From NCBI GenBank assembly GCA_964252035.1, contig OZ176200.1: a stretch of DNA of 64,000 bases. The stretch is one strand, 5' to 3'. This document shows, piece by piece, positions 48,055 to 60,834 of this stretch (positions within the stretch are counted from its first letter, which is position 1; each line of letters starts with the position of its first letter). A program made the translations under genes and the position numbers. The DNA comes from Podarcis erhardii. Lineage: Eukaryota. Under the pieces are notes generated by a model. It saw only the letters and a program-made list of their open reading frames with translations. It had not been told where the DNA came from and did no database searches.

Positions 48055-48150
48055 CCAGCATGGTGCAGTGGTTAGAGCGCTGGACTAGGAACCGGTCGAA
48101 AAGGATCAAATCCCCATTTAGCTATGAAGCCAAATGGTTGACTTTGTGGG
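48055..48150 (+). mobile_element. Squam3-like SINE head fragment
   Basis: catggtgcagtggttagagcgctggactagga...tcaaatcccc...atgaag. Confidence 0.55.
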
Positions 48151-48367
48151 GCCAGAGCTGTGAAATGCACAAGGGGCACAATTCCTAGAACACTGCGTTG
48201 CTAGCTAGCTAGTCACTGCCTCTTGACAACGCGTATTTCCCCATCCACGTGTCTGCTGTACAGATGGCAGGAGAAACCTATTGTTGAAAAATGAGAGTTG
48301 CAATTGGTTCATTTAAATCTATATGTTACTGGTGTGGCCTGATAAGATTGGTCTAGAAACGGGAGGG

Positions 48368-48372
<5 letters not shown>

Positions 48373-48418
<46 letters not shown>
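48373..48418. repeat. (GA)n microsatellite
   Basis: Direct read. Confidence 0.97.
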
Positions 48419-48423
<5 letters not shown>

Positions 48424-49179
48424 GAGGAAGAGTCCTTCCCCCTGTTTCCTCTTTTGCCATTTTTACCATATAAGGAAAGGAAGCTGCTAGCAGGATGCCC
48501 CACAGCAACCACCATGCAGTCTTGACTCTCACTGCGAACTCTGCCTCCTGTCCTGGTGACTGAGGATGTTGCAGGAAGGAAAAAAGCCACGTGCCCTTTG
48601 CCTGATCTGGGGTTCCTGGCAGGAGGGCATGCCAGCTGGCAGCCTCCTATGCCAGATCCTAGGAATCACCCCCAGTAACGTGGCCAGTGAAAACAGCCTT
48701 CCCTAATTAAGATCAGGAGCAAGAAATTAAATGGAGCAGCAAGACATGCATTGTAATTTTATTCTGTCATCCTGCCTAACCTTTTACTTTTAAACATGAA
48801 AACGTTTTGAATGAAATTATTCTGGAGGAACCATATTTTGTGGCACATTGCCCAGCTCTGCACTGTTCCGAAAAACTTACAGCTTTTTATCTGCTTTGGC
48901 AAGCATTACGTGTAAAGGTGGCTGTGCCTGTTTTGGGAACTGAGCACCCTAAACCTGAGCCTGAACTGAGGAGAGAGAAAGGGGGGAAACAACCCTCAGT
49001 TAAGCAGCATGGCTCTGTGAAATGGGCTGCACGGTTACTTTATGACAGCTGATGGACTTTAGGATCTTTCACGGAGCAGAAGAGCTCAGGATTTCTGAAA
49101 CAGGAGCCCGAGACTTGGCAGAATTGGGTTTCCCCATAGGCAGTGTCCCACTTAATGACTTCTTGTTGCTATGACATTA

Positions 49180-49421
49180 CAGTGGTACCTCAGGTTACAG
49201 ACGCTTCAGGTTACAGATGCTTCAAGTTACAGACTCCGCTAACCCAGAAATAGTACCTCAGGTTAAGAACTTTGCTTCAGGATGAGAACAGAAATCGTGC
49301 TCTGGCAGTGCGGTGGCAGCGGGAGGCCCCATTAGCTAAAGTGGTACCTCAGGTTAAGAACAGTTTCAGGTTAAGAACAGACCTCCAGAACGAATTAAGT
49401 TTTTAACCTGAGGTACCACTG
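49180..49421 (+). mobile_element. Tc1/mariner-type MITE, copy 1
   Basis: TIR CAGTGGTACCTCAGGTTA at both ends, TA on both flanks; close copies at 55560 and 57577. Confidence 0.9.
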
Positions 49422-49694
49422 TATTGACCCACAGACTTTAGATAGAGGGAAGTTCCAGCGAAGCCATCATAAAAGCCAGGGACCCTTTGGGAAAGGCCAG
49501 TATTTGCACACAGATGGAATGAAAGGACTAACTAAACTCCTTTGATGATACTCCCTGCCTTTTAGCTTACTTTTGTCATTTTTAAAAAAAGGGTATCAAT
49601 CAGCAAATGTCCAAACATGTAGGTATAGAAAAGGGATTGTGACAGAGGGCATGGGAAACAGTCAGGTAGGCACATGGGGGGGGGGTGCATGCGC

Positions 49695-49845
49695 ATACTA
49701 GTAAAACAGGTGTGAGGCAATCTATGGCCCTCCAAATATTGCTGAACTACAACTCCCATCACAGCTGGCTATCGGCCATGCCTGCAGGGGCTGATGGTAA
49801 CTGTCATTCAGTAACATCTGGAGGGCCAAAGGTTCCCCCACAGTG
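49695..49845. mobile_element. Palindromic MITE
   Basis: ggccctccaaatattgctgaactacaactccc...cagtaacatctggagggcc. Confidence 0.65.
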
Positions 49846-50426
49846 GCTATTACTTATTTTATTGATTTATTTAATCCACTCTTCTCTAATGCTCTTGCAG
49901 TTTATCCCTTATGATAGACAACCGGCGCAAGTTCCACTGGCTGAGCACAAGATATGCCGAATTCAAACTCCCTCATCCCAGCAGATATTGGTTTTGGATT
50001 GAGCGAGCTCTAAGTCTTGAGGGATACTTAAAACACAAGTATCACACGACCTAAGAGCAGCCAAGTCCCAGGATGAGAGGTATCTGGTTGCCACTTCTGT
50101 AGCTGCAACTTTTTTCTTGTCACTTCCTATGCCACGGGGTCTATGGTGAGGATTAAAAGGCATAGGGCTTGCAAATTTCTGCTGTGCCTTTGAACACACT
50201 CATGAGCTGATCAGCAGCGCCTTCAAATTCTGCTTTTGACAGAGAGCCACATCTTTACCCGCCCACAGATGTAGTGTGGTGGGTATTGCTTGGGAAGTTG
50301 GACAAAATGGCCTGGTGAGCCAGAGATTCCCCATTGCTGCCCAACAGTAATGCTGAAAGAACCCAGCACTCAAACTGTCTGATTCAAAAAGAGGTGTGGA
50401 ACCCAGCCTTAAGCAAACAGTGGATT

Positions 50427-50699
50427 CAGGGCCATCTTACCCTTAGGCACTAGGGGTGCAGGGCACCCAGGCGCCGGGCTCTCAGGGGCACCAGGCCGAG
50501 AGCCCGTCGGTCGGAGCACTGCAGCAGGTTGTTCTGCTGAGGGTGGCTCTGCGCCACGAGTTCAGGGGCAACCAAGCCAGTGAGACACTGAGGCAGCCAG
50601 CCGGCTCTGCCCTCCTGCGTGCCTGGGACTGGGAAGCCGGGGGGGGGCTGCCGGGCAGATCTTTGCACCCCAGCACCGCATATGCATAAGACAGCCCTG
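50427..50699. mobile_element. GC-rich hAT-type MITE
   Basis: TIRs CAGGGCCATCTTA / CAGGGCTGTCTTA; 8-bp TSD AGTGGATT / AGTGGAGT (7/8). Confidence 0.8.
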
Positions 50700-53600
50700 A
50701 GTGGAGTGGACTGCATCACACATGCATGCACACATGCACGTGATTTCTCTACACTTGTTTACTGAATACGTACTAGTTAATAACTGACACCTGAATGTGT
50801 GGACCCACTCTAACGTAAAACATTACACTGGATCCAGCGTTCTCACGAACAAGACTTCTCTGAGGACACACCTGCTGGAAGAAAGGCATTGGGTGATTTT
50901 TGCTGGTTCCTCCTTCCCATTGTGCCTCCTGTATATTTGCTGTGGAGGGTTGAGGGTTGGAGGAGACCTGGTGCAATGGGAATCAATGAACACTCTGCCT
51001 TCTCCTCTCCTTCCTCCAGCAGGAGCCTCCACTGGACCTCAGTCCCAAGAGATTGATAGGAGCCCTTCTGTTCACAGAAGAGTCACTCAGAAGCTAACAC
51101 ACTGCATTTGTAAAAGTTCTGCTCATGGTATTCAACTTGTGATATGGCCCATCCATGCATGCCCATCCCTTCATGCTGCAGAGAGATAAATGTGCATTGA
51201 TGAATGCTTTAAAAGCTCGAGGGTGGGTTGGGTTCCTGCCAAAGGGGAGCACAAATATACTTGGGCCTGGCCAGGTCTCCTTCAGTACAACCCTTCCCCA
51301 CGTTTTTGATGCAATTGCATCACATGCTGGCAGGCACAAAGCTAGTTCTGCAATATTCTTTTCCAATATATGGGGGCTGTTTTATTCCTGTGCTTTCAGC
51401 CATGGCAGCAGAATGCTAGAATGCTCCTTTAAAAGAAATCAGAAACAAGGTTCCATAGTTAGAAATGTCCTTCGAGAAAAAGGAAATAAAAGGCTCAGAA
51501 AGCTATAAAATCAGCCAGCATGGAAATTAATAAAAAGAGCAGCAATAGAAAGGGAAGCAATTTATATTGGACACATATTCCATTTCGCTGTCGCCCTCGT
51601 AGCAGTGGCACTCTCTCTGAATGCAAAATCAGAAGCAGTCAGATCCAAGAGATGGAGAAACCCTGCATCTGAAGAGGACAGGGGAATCCGCTTCGATTCT
51701 GCCAAATGCTAAGCCAGTATTGCTTTCCATGCTCGTCCATCAGAGGGCAGTTATCGTAGCCTTCCATAAAGACATGCCACAAAAGAAACTTTTTCAAATT
51801 CACAGCACAGAGCCGGGTTATCTCTGAATTCAATGGCTAGGCCTACAGCAGGTAAAAGAGAATAGAGGCAAAAGCCTATTCTTTTCAGATCCAGCAAGAG
51901 AATGGAAAAGAATAGATTCTACACACTTATTGGCAGGGGATGGGGAAGGAAGAGGGCCGGCTAGTGAGGATGGAAAGCTGTCTGATAACATCCCTTCACT
52001 AGCAAAGCTGCTCATATCCTACAAAATCAAAGGCTTTTCCTCAGAGGATATCATTTCCAAAATCTATGGGTGCACTTTTATTGCTGGGATACATGGTGCA
52101 GTCGAGTTGCTTTAATATTTCCCCCCCTATTGTATGACACTCCAAAACCTCACCATCTGCAATTAACTAGCGGAGAAAAATTCATCAATCACAAGCAAAA
52201 CAAAGGTCCTTATTAAAGTGTTCCTCTGACACCGATAATGGGAAAGAAATTTGTCCACTAGTATCTTCTTCTATGGCGGTCAAGGGCTAATGGGAGTCAT
52301 AGTCCAAAATTAGTAGAGGGCGCCAGGTTGGCACTGGTTGCTGTACTATGAGCTGCTGTGCTGAAGTCTGAGGCACCTCAGAATCTTCTGTGAGATGTGA
52401 GGGTTCTGCAGCAGCTATTCAAAAGTCCCTTAACACGCAGATTTATGTGCAAAGGATCTCCTGGATCAGGACCTATTAAAACATCTGCCTTATAAATGAG
52501 AGGCTGCATTGCAGTAACCACACCCCCACTGCTTTGTTGATACCATTACATCACACAGCAAAGAGTAAAAAATTACTGGCAGCTATAGGATGAAGCAACA
52601 AATATTTTGATCAATGGGGTGAGGCTGATTCAGTGCAATCTCCAAGAAAAAAACTCCCCAATAACGTACTGCTTTTTCAATTTCAACAGTCCTTTTCTGA
52701 CAGGAAAAACTGTGTGTTTGGGTTGTACTTTAGACTGCCAGTAGAGCTCCCATGACAGAATGTTCCTCAGCACTGTAAATAAATAATAAATAAAACTCCT
52801 GCATGCTGAAAACTAGTCTGTCAGGGTAAACACCAGGCTAGACTCCTCCTCTCTAACATCTAGTTTTCTGTATGCAGGAAACACTCAGCACTCCTCCAGA
52901 CTACCTGTCTATTGGGCGTTCATCCCAATTTGATGGTATGAAGCTTGCACAGCAGTTAGAATATGCTCTGTCTTCATTTGAGTTCTCAATTTGAGTGGGG
53001 AGATTATGCAACAATGAGCATTCATCATCCTTTTGATTTGTTGTGTGGTAGTTACACATCTTCCCATTAATCTTCATTCATCACACAGTTTTACTTTCCG
53101 AACTGCAAAAAGTCTTTGTGTTGTTTTAAGATGGGTTTGTTGCACCAGGACGACAGAGCACTTTAATCCCCATTAATTGCGCAAACCTAAATTTCTAGCT
53201 TGTGTTTTAATCTCTCCTGCAAAATATAGTGACAGTCAACTGGAGGCGATCTCAGTCATGGGAGCTCCTACCTACAGGGGTACAACCAAGAACTAAGCTT
53301 CCCTCTTGGCACTTGTGAGCACTTACAATAACATTTCTGAAGGTTTATAACTCTGCGCCTAGTTCATGTTGTACGAAAAGGTGGGAAACTAGTAGAAAAG
53401 AATAGAAAGCAGACTTGCTCCTTTTTGCAGTGTCAGAAGCAGTTCTAAACACAGGATCCCTTTGCTCCAAAACAACAACTGCCTTCTGCTGCAATCAAAC
53501 TGTAATTTTTGCCTGAATGGTGATGAATGGCATTGTTCGGAATGAGCAAAGGCAATGAACTAAACGAGTAATAGGAATTGCAAGAGTCCCTTTGCTCTGT

Positions 53601-55559
53601 GGCTCTCCTATTATTTGATTTAGCTTCATGATTTAATTAAAAACTCCATGACTCCACTGCTGGGTAAGGCGAGAATTGCTCATGTGAGCCAGAACGCAGA
53701 AGGCTTGTGATCTTTCTTACTTGGAAACTTAAGCATAATGAGCTACTTACTCATGTAGGGAACCTTAAGATAGATGGCCTAAATCTGCTTTCAGAGTTGA
53801 CCACAAAGCTAACCAATGTTAAATTGCCCTTCAGTTTTCCAGAGATATCACTGTTTGCGGTTACATATTCAGACACCCTTTTAATTCAGCAATAAGATTG
53901 TGGGAGCTGGCTGCTGACGTTATCTACCATTGTATAGACTGTCTGGCTCCTAAAAAAAATATCCCTGAACCATCAGAGCGAACAGCTCAAAAATGTTTGG
54001 AAAGGTCTCCACTGCAGTTGTTGGTTTCAATCCACAAACAGTATGTAATGCTACATAATTTATGACTTTCCTCCCCCCAATTTACACTGGGTTTCTTCTG
54101 AATTGAAATGAATGGTGAGGAATAGCATAATTAATTATGTAACATTTCACCATAATGGACAGCAAGATAAATAATGTAGTTTTTTGTCGGAAGATGAACT
54201 GCAGTGGAACAGAAACAATGCTGCGTGTTACGAGAATACAGGGTGGGATGGAATCTGATGCATTCTTACATCACTGGTCAGGATTGGGTAATAGCTGCCA
54301 GATGGGCAACCTGGACATACTTTTTACCTTTACCTAATACAATGGGAGATGCAGCTGGTGAGGTGAGGGGGGGGAGTAGTACTTGGCCACAGGGATTTAG
54401 GGAAGCAGCATGTTCTTACAGGTGGGGGCTGAGACGCAACAATAGCAACAGAGAGAGGCTGGCTCTGAGCTGAATAGGTGGCCACCCAGTAACAGCACAG
54501 CAAGATACAGATGTCAGGTATAGGATGTTGCTGGTGCAGCACCTTCCACTTCTGATTGCAACTGACCAACCACTCCCTGAATCCACTGCCACTTATCAAC
54601 ATCTCCTACATCCTTTATGTAGGAACCAATGTAGTTATTGGTGTGGTGGAACAGAGCTGCCTTTTCAGCACCAGCATCACTAGAGTACACCTGGATCTTC
54701 TTCTTCTTTGGCGATCACTTGTAGCCGAGTAAGATTGTCTTCCATAAACAGTTTTTACATCTGGATGGGACCAGAGTGGGTAACCCTGCCCAACCCCATC
54801 CCTGTCCAGATACACCACCTGTGTCAGGAAGGAGGCTCTGTCCCACCACACTGACTGCTACTGTGTGGGTCCCCCTCCTGCTTGGCCTCTGCTCAGTGGC
54901 TGTTGCAGAGTACCACTGTAGGAGTTATAAAAGCAAACATCTCAGGATTGCGGTGTCCTTCATAGATCCTTGTTCCCCTCTACAGTTGGCAAACACAAAA
55001 TTGGCAAGTACCCTTATGAATATTAACTGGCACAATGTGTCAGAGAATTCAGCATTCCCTAGTGCAAAATACTAGACTGTGGTTTTGTTTTAAAGCACAG
55101 CTCTGTGCATAGATACCACAGGCAAATAACTGAGCAGATGAACCCTGTGTATGAAGCAGCTCCTCACTTAACCTTTATACATCAGAGAGAGATTTTACCT
55201 TGTTTGTAAATACCATCCGGCTGTCACCACTACGTGTAGTTACGATGTCTCAGAGAACTTAATGATCACTTAAGGAAGGCAAGGGGAAAATGAGTTGCAT
55301 GACCTTTGTCATCCCATATCCTGTAGGTCAGCATTATTTAAGGCAACTGGGACAACGAGGAACTGAACATTAGGCCTGCCAGATGAACAGATGGATGGAT
55401 GAAAGCCAGCGCAATCCATCTTCCAGCTTTCCCCTCCACAGAGCAGAGTGACATTCAAGCCCATCTATTTCCTCACATACGTGGGGAAAGCACGTGGAAT
55501 TTCACAGCAGCTCTTTGGCTGATGTGGAGGATTACCACAATATGCTTTATGGCACAATA

Positions 55560-55800
55560 CAGTGGTACCTCTGGTTATGAACTTAATTCATTCCGAGGTC
55601 CGTTCTTAACCTGAAACTGTTCTTAACCTGAGGTACCACTTTAGCTAATGGGGCCCCCCACTGCCACTGCACCGCTGCCGCGCGATTTCTGTTCTCATCC
55701 TTAGGTAAACTTATTAACCTGAGGTACTATTTCTGGGTTAGCGGAGTCTGTAACCCGAAGTGTTTGTAACCCAAGGTGTTTGTAAACCGAGGTACCATTG
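55560..55800 (-). mobile_element. Tc1/mariner-type MITE, copy 2 (inverted)
   Basis: CAGTGGTACCTC...GAGGTACCATTG with TA flanks; reverse complement of the 49180 copy. Confidence 0.9.
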
Positions 55801-56789
55801 TACAAGCAACCGTGCGAAAGAGGAAGCACAATTTAAGGAGGCAAGCAATATAATGACCACTAGGGCTTTTCTTGGCAAACAATATAAAAATTGGGCACAA
55901 ACCATTTGCTTTTATCTTGAAATATTTCAAATGAGTTGACCTTTAAATCATAATGTTGGGATCAAATGATACATTATATGTATCTATGTATCTTTTCCCT
56001 TCTGTTTTAACTGAAACTAGCCTCAAAAATTGTGTGTTTTAGGCAAGGGAACAAGACGTTTCTTAACTTTTTTGCTCTAGTTGTTTCTGGACTCAAAACT
56101 GAAAGCAAGATTTCTTTTTCCTTTTTCTGTTTTATAGGGAAAACTATGGCATATCTTTTCCTCCATGGGGTAAAAAGCAGCTGGGGAAAATTTGGAATAA
56201 AACAGCCAGGAGGGAAAGACTTACAAAGTCCTTCTGTTCCTGCCCCTAAACTCCTATTCTGAGATTTACTGGCATGAAGACTACATTCAATTTTTTTTTT
56301 AAAAAAGAAAAACATAGTTAAATAATGGATACACATGGCCGCATGTAATACGTCATTTGGCCTTTAGATGTTGCTACCAAATAAGATGCCTAATTGCTTC
56401 TTGGCAACAAATATGTTTGGAACAAATATCTTGGAAGGCAAATATGTTCCAACTGGCTTTGCACAGGTCTAGGCAGGTTTCCATAGCTCTTGAGTTTGGA
56501 TCAGGTATGTAGGAGGAGAGACTTGACTGACCCTAAGATGGTACTGGCATAGGCTCATCTCACACATAACACAGGTACAGACAGCCATCCCTCGCCATAC
56601 GTAAGCTGCTTATAAACTCACCACAGGACAATTAAAACCTTGTGGGGAGATGTCTGTGGTGTCCAGCCACGGAATAAGGTATGCTCTCTCACGAAAAGGA
56701 TGCCCAACATCCTAAGCACAAGGACATCATGAGGGTAGGTAAAAGTGGAAGCTGGGTTGGAGGGCATCACTGCCCCCCCCGTCATGTTA

Positions 56790-56905
56790 ACTTTATATAT
56801 CACAGTTGTTGCTGGACTACAGGTCCCTCCAGGGATGTTGTCCCGACCCACTGGCTGAAGCTGATCTGAGCCCTTCGGCGTCTAGAGGGCTGAAAGTTGC
56901 CCATC
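56790..56905. mobile_element. Palindromic MITE, degraded
   Basis: gttgttgctggactaca...ggctgaagctgat...tctagagggctgaaagttgcccatccctg. Confidence 0.45.
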
Positions 56906-57236
56906 CCTGTATTTTCTTAAAATCCCCATTTAATCTCCAAACCTCTTTCCTTTCAGCACAGTCCTTGTCATTTCAAATCTCTATGAAAGTCTATGATTTT
57001 TTTTTTAAGAAAATGAGCCAGCTCTTACACATTCAGCTCTCACTCATACCTCCATACAGATGACAAAGATCTAATAAAACAGGCAAGCCTTTTCTAATTA
57101 AAGGTTCAGCCATATGAGCCAGCATCTCCTTTCACCCGACCTCCTCCTCCTCCTGCATTTCCTTTATAAAGATCTACTGATATCACTGATTGCTGAAGAC
57201 ATGACTATATTTCACACTGCGTGGTAATCTTCTTCC

Positions 57237-57349
57237 ATGGGCTGCTCCCAGAAGCCAGACTATAAAAACTCCCCTAATGGCAAAGCCCCTTCTGCAAGGT
57301 CTGTCTTTGAGAAATTCATCCAAAAAGATCCCCATTGTCAGGTCTGCAG
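57237..57349 (+). CDS. Candidate first coding exon of an unidentified small plus-strand gene
   Basis: TCCATGG Kozak, upstream in-frame TAA, MGCSQKPDYKNSPNGKAPSARSVFEKFIQKDPHCQVC, donor GCAG|GTGAGC; no recognisable homology. Confidence 0.25.
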
Positions 57350-57433
57350 GTGAGCTGCTCCACTTTGACTCTCCCTGATGACATATTTCCATTGGAATGG
57401 AAGCCAGAAACACACCACTGGTAGGTTAAATAT

Positions 57434-58008
57434 TGTTGCACATCACCCCAATCTCTGAGTGGTGCAAGATCCCAAGGGTTCCAGGTTTGTGGAACAAACC
57501 CAGGGTTTGTGTTTCTTTTAAGAATAAGGCACAGAGGAGACTGTGGTGTCTTTAGGACATATGGTTTATTTACACATAGTGGTACCTCGGGTTACATACG
57601 CTTCAGGTTACAGACTCTGCTAACCCAGAAATAGTACCTCAGGTTAAGAACTTTGCTTCAGGATGAGAACAGAAATCGGGCTCTGGCGGCGCGGTGGCAG
57701 CAGGGGGCCCCATTAGCTAAAGTGGTGCTTCAGGTTAAGAACAGTTTCAGGTTAAGAACGGACCTCCGGAATGAATTAAGTACTTAACCTGAGGTACCAC
57801 TGTATAGGCAGTCTGAGCCTACGATGGAGGGTTGCACACCCCCAAAGGGTCTTGTTTCTCGCACAGAGCCCCCTTTCCTTTGTTCTCTTACTGGCCCATC
57901 ACCCAGGCTATCACCTCATCAGGAAGCTAGCCTGGCTTATATTTTAACACTTGGTGGGTCCAGGGTTAGAAGGGTCTCAACTTCCCACCCCACCCCAAAC
58001 TCCTAACA
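57434..58008 (-). mobile_element. LTR-like repeat interrupted by a MITE
   Basis: TG...CA ends on the minus strand with AATAAA; shares about 140 bp with 2620-2764; no TSD found. Confidence 0.5.
57577..57802 (+). mobile_element. Tc1/mariner-type MITE, copy 3, nested in the LTR-like repeat
   Basis: TAGTGGTACCTCGGGTTA...TAACCTGAGGTACCACTG-TA. Confidence 0.9.
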
Positions 58009-58151
58009 GTGTTCAGGAGGAAATCACTGATTGGTACTGAAGGCTCACACTCAATGTGGCTACTTGTCTAAATGTTTTGTGCCAAATACTTAAATTCTCT
58101 CAAGCCCACAGCATTCCCCCTGCCTGCCAAGACTTAAGCACAGATTTCTGC

Positions 58152-58372
58152 ACTTTTTATTTATTTTATTTAACAAGATTTATATACTGCTTGATTGTAA
58201 GAAAGCCTCTTAAGTGGTCTACAATAAATATTATCAATAAAACAGTTAAAAACATTAAAAACAATTAAAATGATCAGCAAAAAAGATTTAAAAACATCAA
58301 CATATTAAGTGTCTGGATAGGCTAGCCTAAACAAAAATGTTTTTAAGTAGGCACCGAAAAGAGTGCTGTACT
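58152..58372 (-). mobile_element. L2/CR1-group LINE 3' fragment
   Basis: tttatttattttattt...tttatatactgcttgattgtaagaaagcctc..aagtggtctacaa...aaatgtttttaagtaggcaccgaaaagag resembles the reversed 3' end of lizard L2-type elements. Confidence 0.5.
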
Positions 58373-58427
58373 CTTTCTGCTTCTTATCATGCTGCAGCTG
58401 TGACTGTAAGAACTTAAAAGCTTGCTG

Positions 58428-59928
58428 TTCTGCTGGTTGAAAGATTGGCTACTTCTTGAGAACACTGACATTTTGGATTTGGAAGGTTTTAATAATGCTT
58501 TTGGATGGCATGCATATTTGTGGTACGCCAAGGTTAAAGTGCACAAAAACTTCAAACACCATATTGTCAGGAAAGCATTGTTTAATGTCTGGATTAGGTA
58601 CAAAGATTTATTGGAGAATAAGACCCCAAGGTGGTTGTCACCCATGGAAGCAAAGGCTCTGAAAAGACTCAATATGGAGGCCAAATGGCCGAAGTATTGG
58701 GAGATATTAGAACAAGAAGGAGACAAAATGAATTTGCAGAGTTTTGAGAAATTAAAAGACAAAGTGCGAGATTGGCTTCACTATTATCAAATAAGAGAGG
58801 CCTATAATTTGGATAAGAAATTGGGCTTCCAGGTGGAAAAATCGAAACTGGAGACAGAACTGTTAGAACCTAAAACTAAGATTCTTTCAAGAATGTATAA
58901 CTTGCTGTTGAAATGGAACACTCAGGATGAAACAGTTAAATCAGCCATGATTAAATGGGCGCAGGACATAGGTCATAACATTTTGTTTGCTGACTGGGAA
59001 AAGTTGTGGACCACCGGTATGAAATTTACGGCATGTAATGCCCTAAGAGAGAATATTATGAAAATGATTTATAGGTGGTACATGACCCCAGTCAAGCTTG
59101 CTAAAATTTATCACCTGCCTGATAACAAATGTTGGAAATGTTAAGAAACTGAGGGTACTTTCTTTCACCTTTGGTGGACGTGCCCGAAGATTAAGGCTTT
59201 CTGGGAGATGATATATAATGAATTGAAAAAGGTATTTAAATATACCTTCCTTAAGAAACCAGAGGCCTTTCTCTTGGGTATAGTCGGCCAATTGGTGTTA
59301 AAGACAGATAGAACGTTTTTTATGTATGCGACAACAGCAGCAAGAATACTTATCGCAAAGTATTGGAAGACACAAGATTTGCCCACCCTGGAAGAATGGC
59401 AGATGCAAGTAATGGACTACATGGAGATGGCAGAAATGACTGGCAGAATCCGAGACCTGGGAGAAGAAGCGGTGGAAGAGGACTGGAAGAAGTTTAAAGA
59501 TTATCTACAGAAATACTGTACAGTTTATGAATGTTAAAACGATGTTGGATTTTAAAATAATACGGCATTGGTGATATAGGTTTAAAAGTTATGTAAAAAT
59601 GTAATTGAAAAAAGGTGAAAGACTAAAGTTATATTATGTCAAAAGTAAATAATATGTTAAAGGTGTTTAAACATAAGGAGGAAGGATTGGAGACATAATA
59701 GAAAGATTTTAATAATCAGAAATGAGCTTTGAAAGTGGGTAAGGATTTGCTGTATCTGAGTGAGTAAAGAGGAACACAAAAAAGGGAGGCGGGAGGAAGT
59801 CAGGAAAGAAAGTTTTGCAAATATCAATCTAAAAGCTGGAATTTCTATTTTTAATTTTTTCTTTTTGTTTTTTTCTTGATGTTTTTTATCTTCTGTAAAA
59901 GCAAATAAATATATATATATTTTTTAAA
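58428..59928 (+). mobile_element. 5'-truncated L1-clade (L1/Tx1) LINE, C-terminal part of ORF2 plus 3' UTR
   Basis: ORFs 58422-59144 and 59208-59537 share one frame split by a single TAA; CCHC motif CWKC*ETEGTFFHLWWTC; AATAAA 59904-59909; 20-bp TSD AAGAACTTAAAAGCTTGCTG at 58408-58427 and 59929-59948. Confidence 0.93.
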
Positions 59929-60010
59929 AAGAACTTAAAAGCTTGCTGGATTAAGTCAGGGGTCCATCTATCCCCTGCCGTGGTCACAATCAGAACCAGA
60001 CCACACACCC
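59929..60010 (-). mobile_element. CR1 3'-tail fragment that served as the L1 target
   Basis: aagaacttaaaagcttgctggattaagtcaggggtccatcta...gtggtcaca resembles the reverse complement of the CR1 tail seen at 5090 and 35010. Confidence 0.55.
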
Positions 60011-60834
60011 CATACTTGCTACTCACAATGGGAGGAAAGTGGCAGTAAGAGCTTCTCCTCCTGGGGAATGGAAGGGCTACGGGATGGGATTCCAACTGGG
60101 TCCATGGAAGGTAGAAAAGCTTAAATCCTGACCCTGACTAGGGTCCTTTTCTAGCTCACCCTCATGCCTCCCATGCTAGTTATTTTTGTTTTGCTTTTAT
60201 AAAGAACCACACACCAGGGCTAACCATCTGATTTAGTATCATGTCTAGTTGGACCCAATTTATCTCAGTTTTCCGACATGCAATGTGATGGTTTGAAATC
60301 ACGATTCGAAAGGAGAAACAAGAAAACAGTGTGAGCTGCCGAGAACCGCTCCCTGCTTAATCCCGCTCCAGCTGAAACAGAGCTTAATGCTTCCCTCCTG
60401 TACACATCAGCCAAGGGATTAAGTCCAGCGGAACACAGGCTACAGAAACACTATACCTTCAAAGCTCATGCTAAGAACAATCGGCTCCCGCTCAAAGAAT
60501 TCTGGGCACTGTAATTTGCTGCAGGTTGCAATTGTGAGACATAAACTACCCAGTGCCCAGAATTCTTTGAGGGGGGGGAGCGCTTTGGGGGTATAGTGTG
60601 CACAAGGCAACAATGGCACTTACTCCAAGTAAGCATGCAAAAGATTGCCACCACATGCAGGTGTAACTGCATTTGCCAAGACTCATCTCTTGTTACCTTG
60701 CCTCTCCTTTCCTACCCACTCCTCGGCTGCCCCCCTGCCAAAATGCAGAATGTAACCTACTCAAGGCAGGGACCTGTCTTTTCTTTGGTTGTGAAACTCT
60801 GTGAAGAACTATGTGCACAGATGGCATATGGTGG

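Noticed and set aside
50450-50731. GC-rich ORFs suggesting an exon or promoter
   Set aside because: They lie within a TIR- and TSD-bounded MITE
54615-54851. Minus-strand 78-aa ORF
   Set aside because: A neighbouring frame reads EEDPGVL, like the CR1 EKDLGVL motif; probably a decayed LINE fragment
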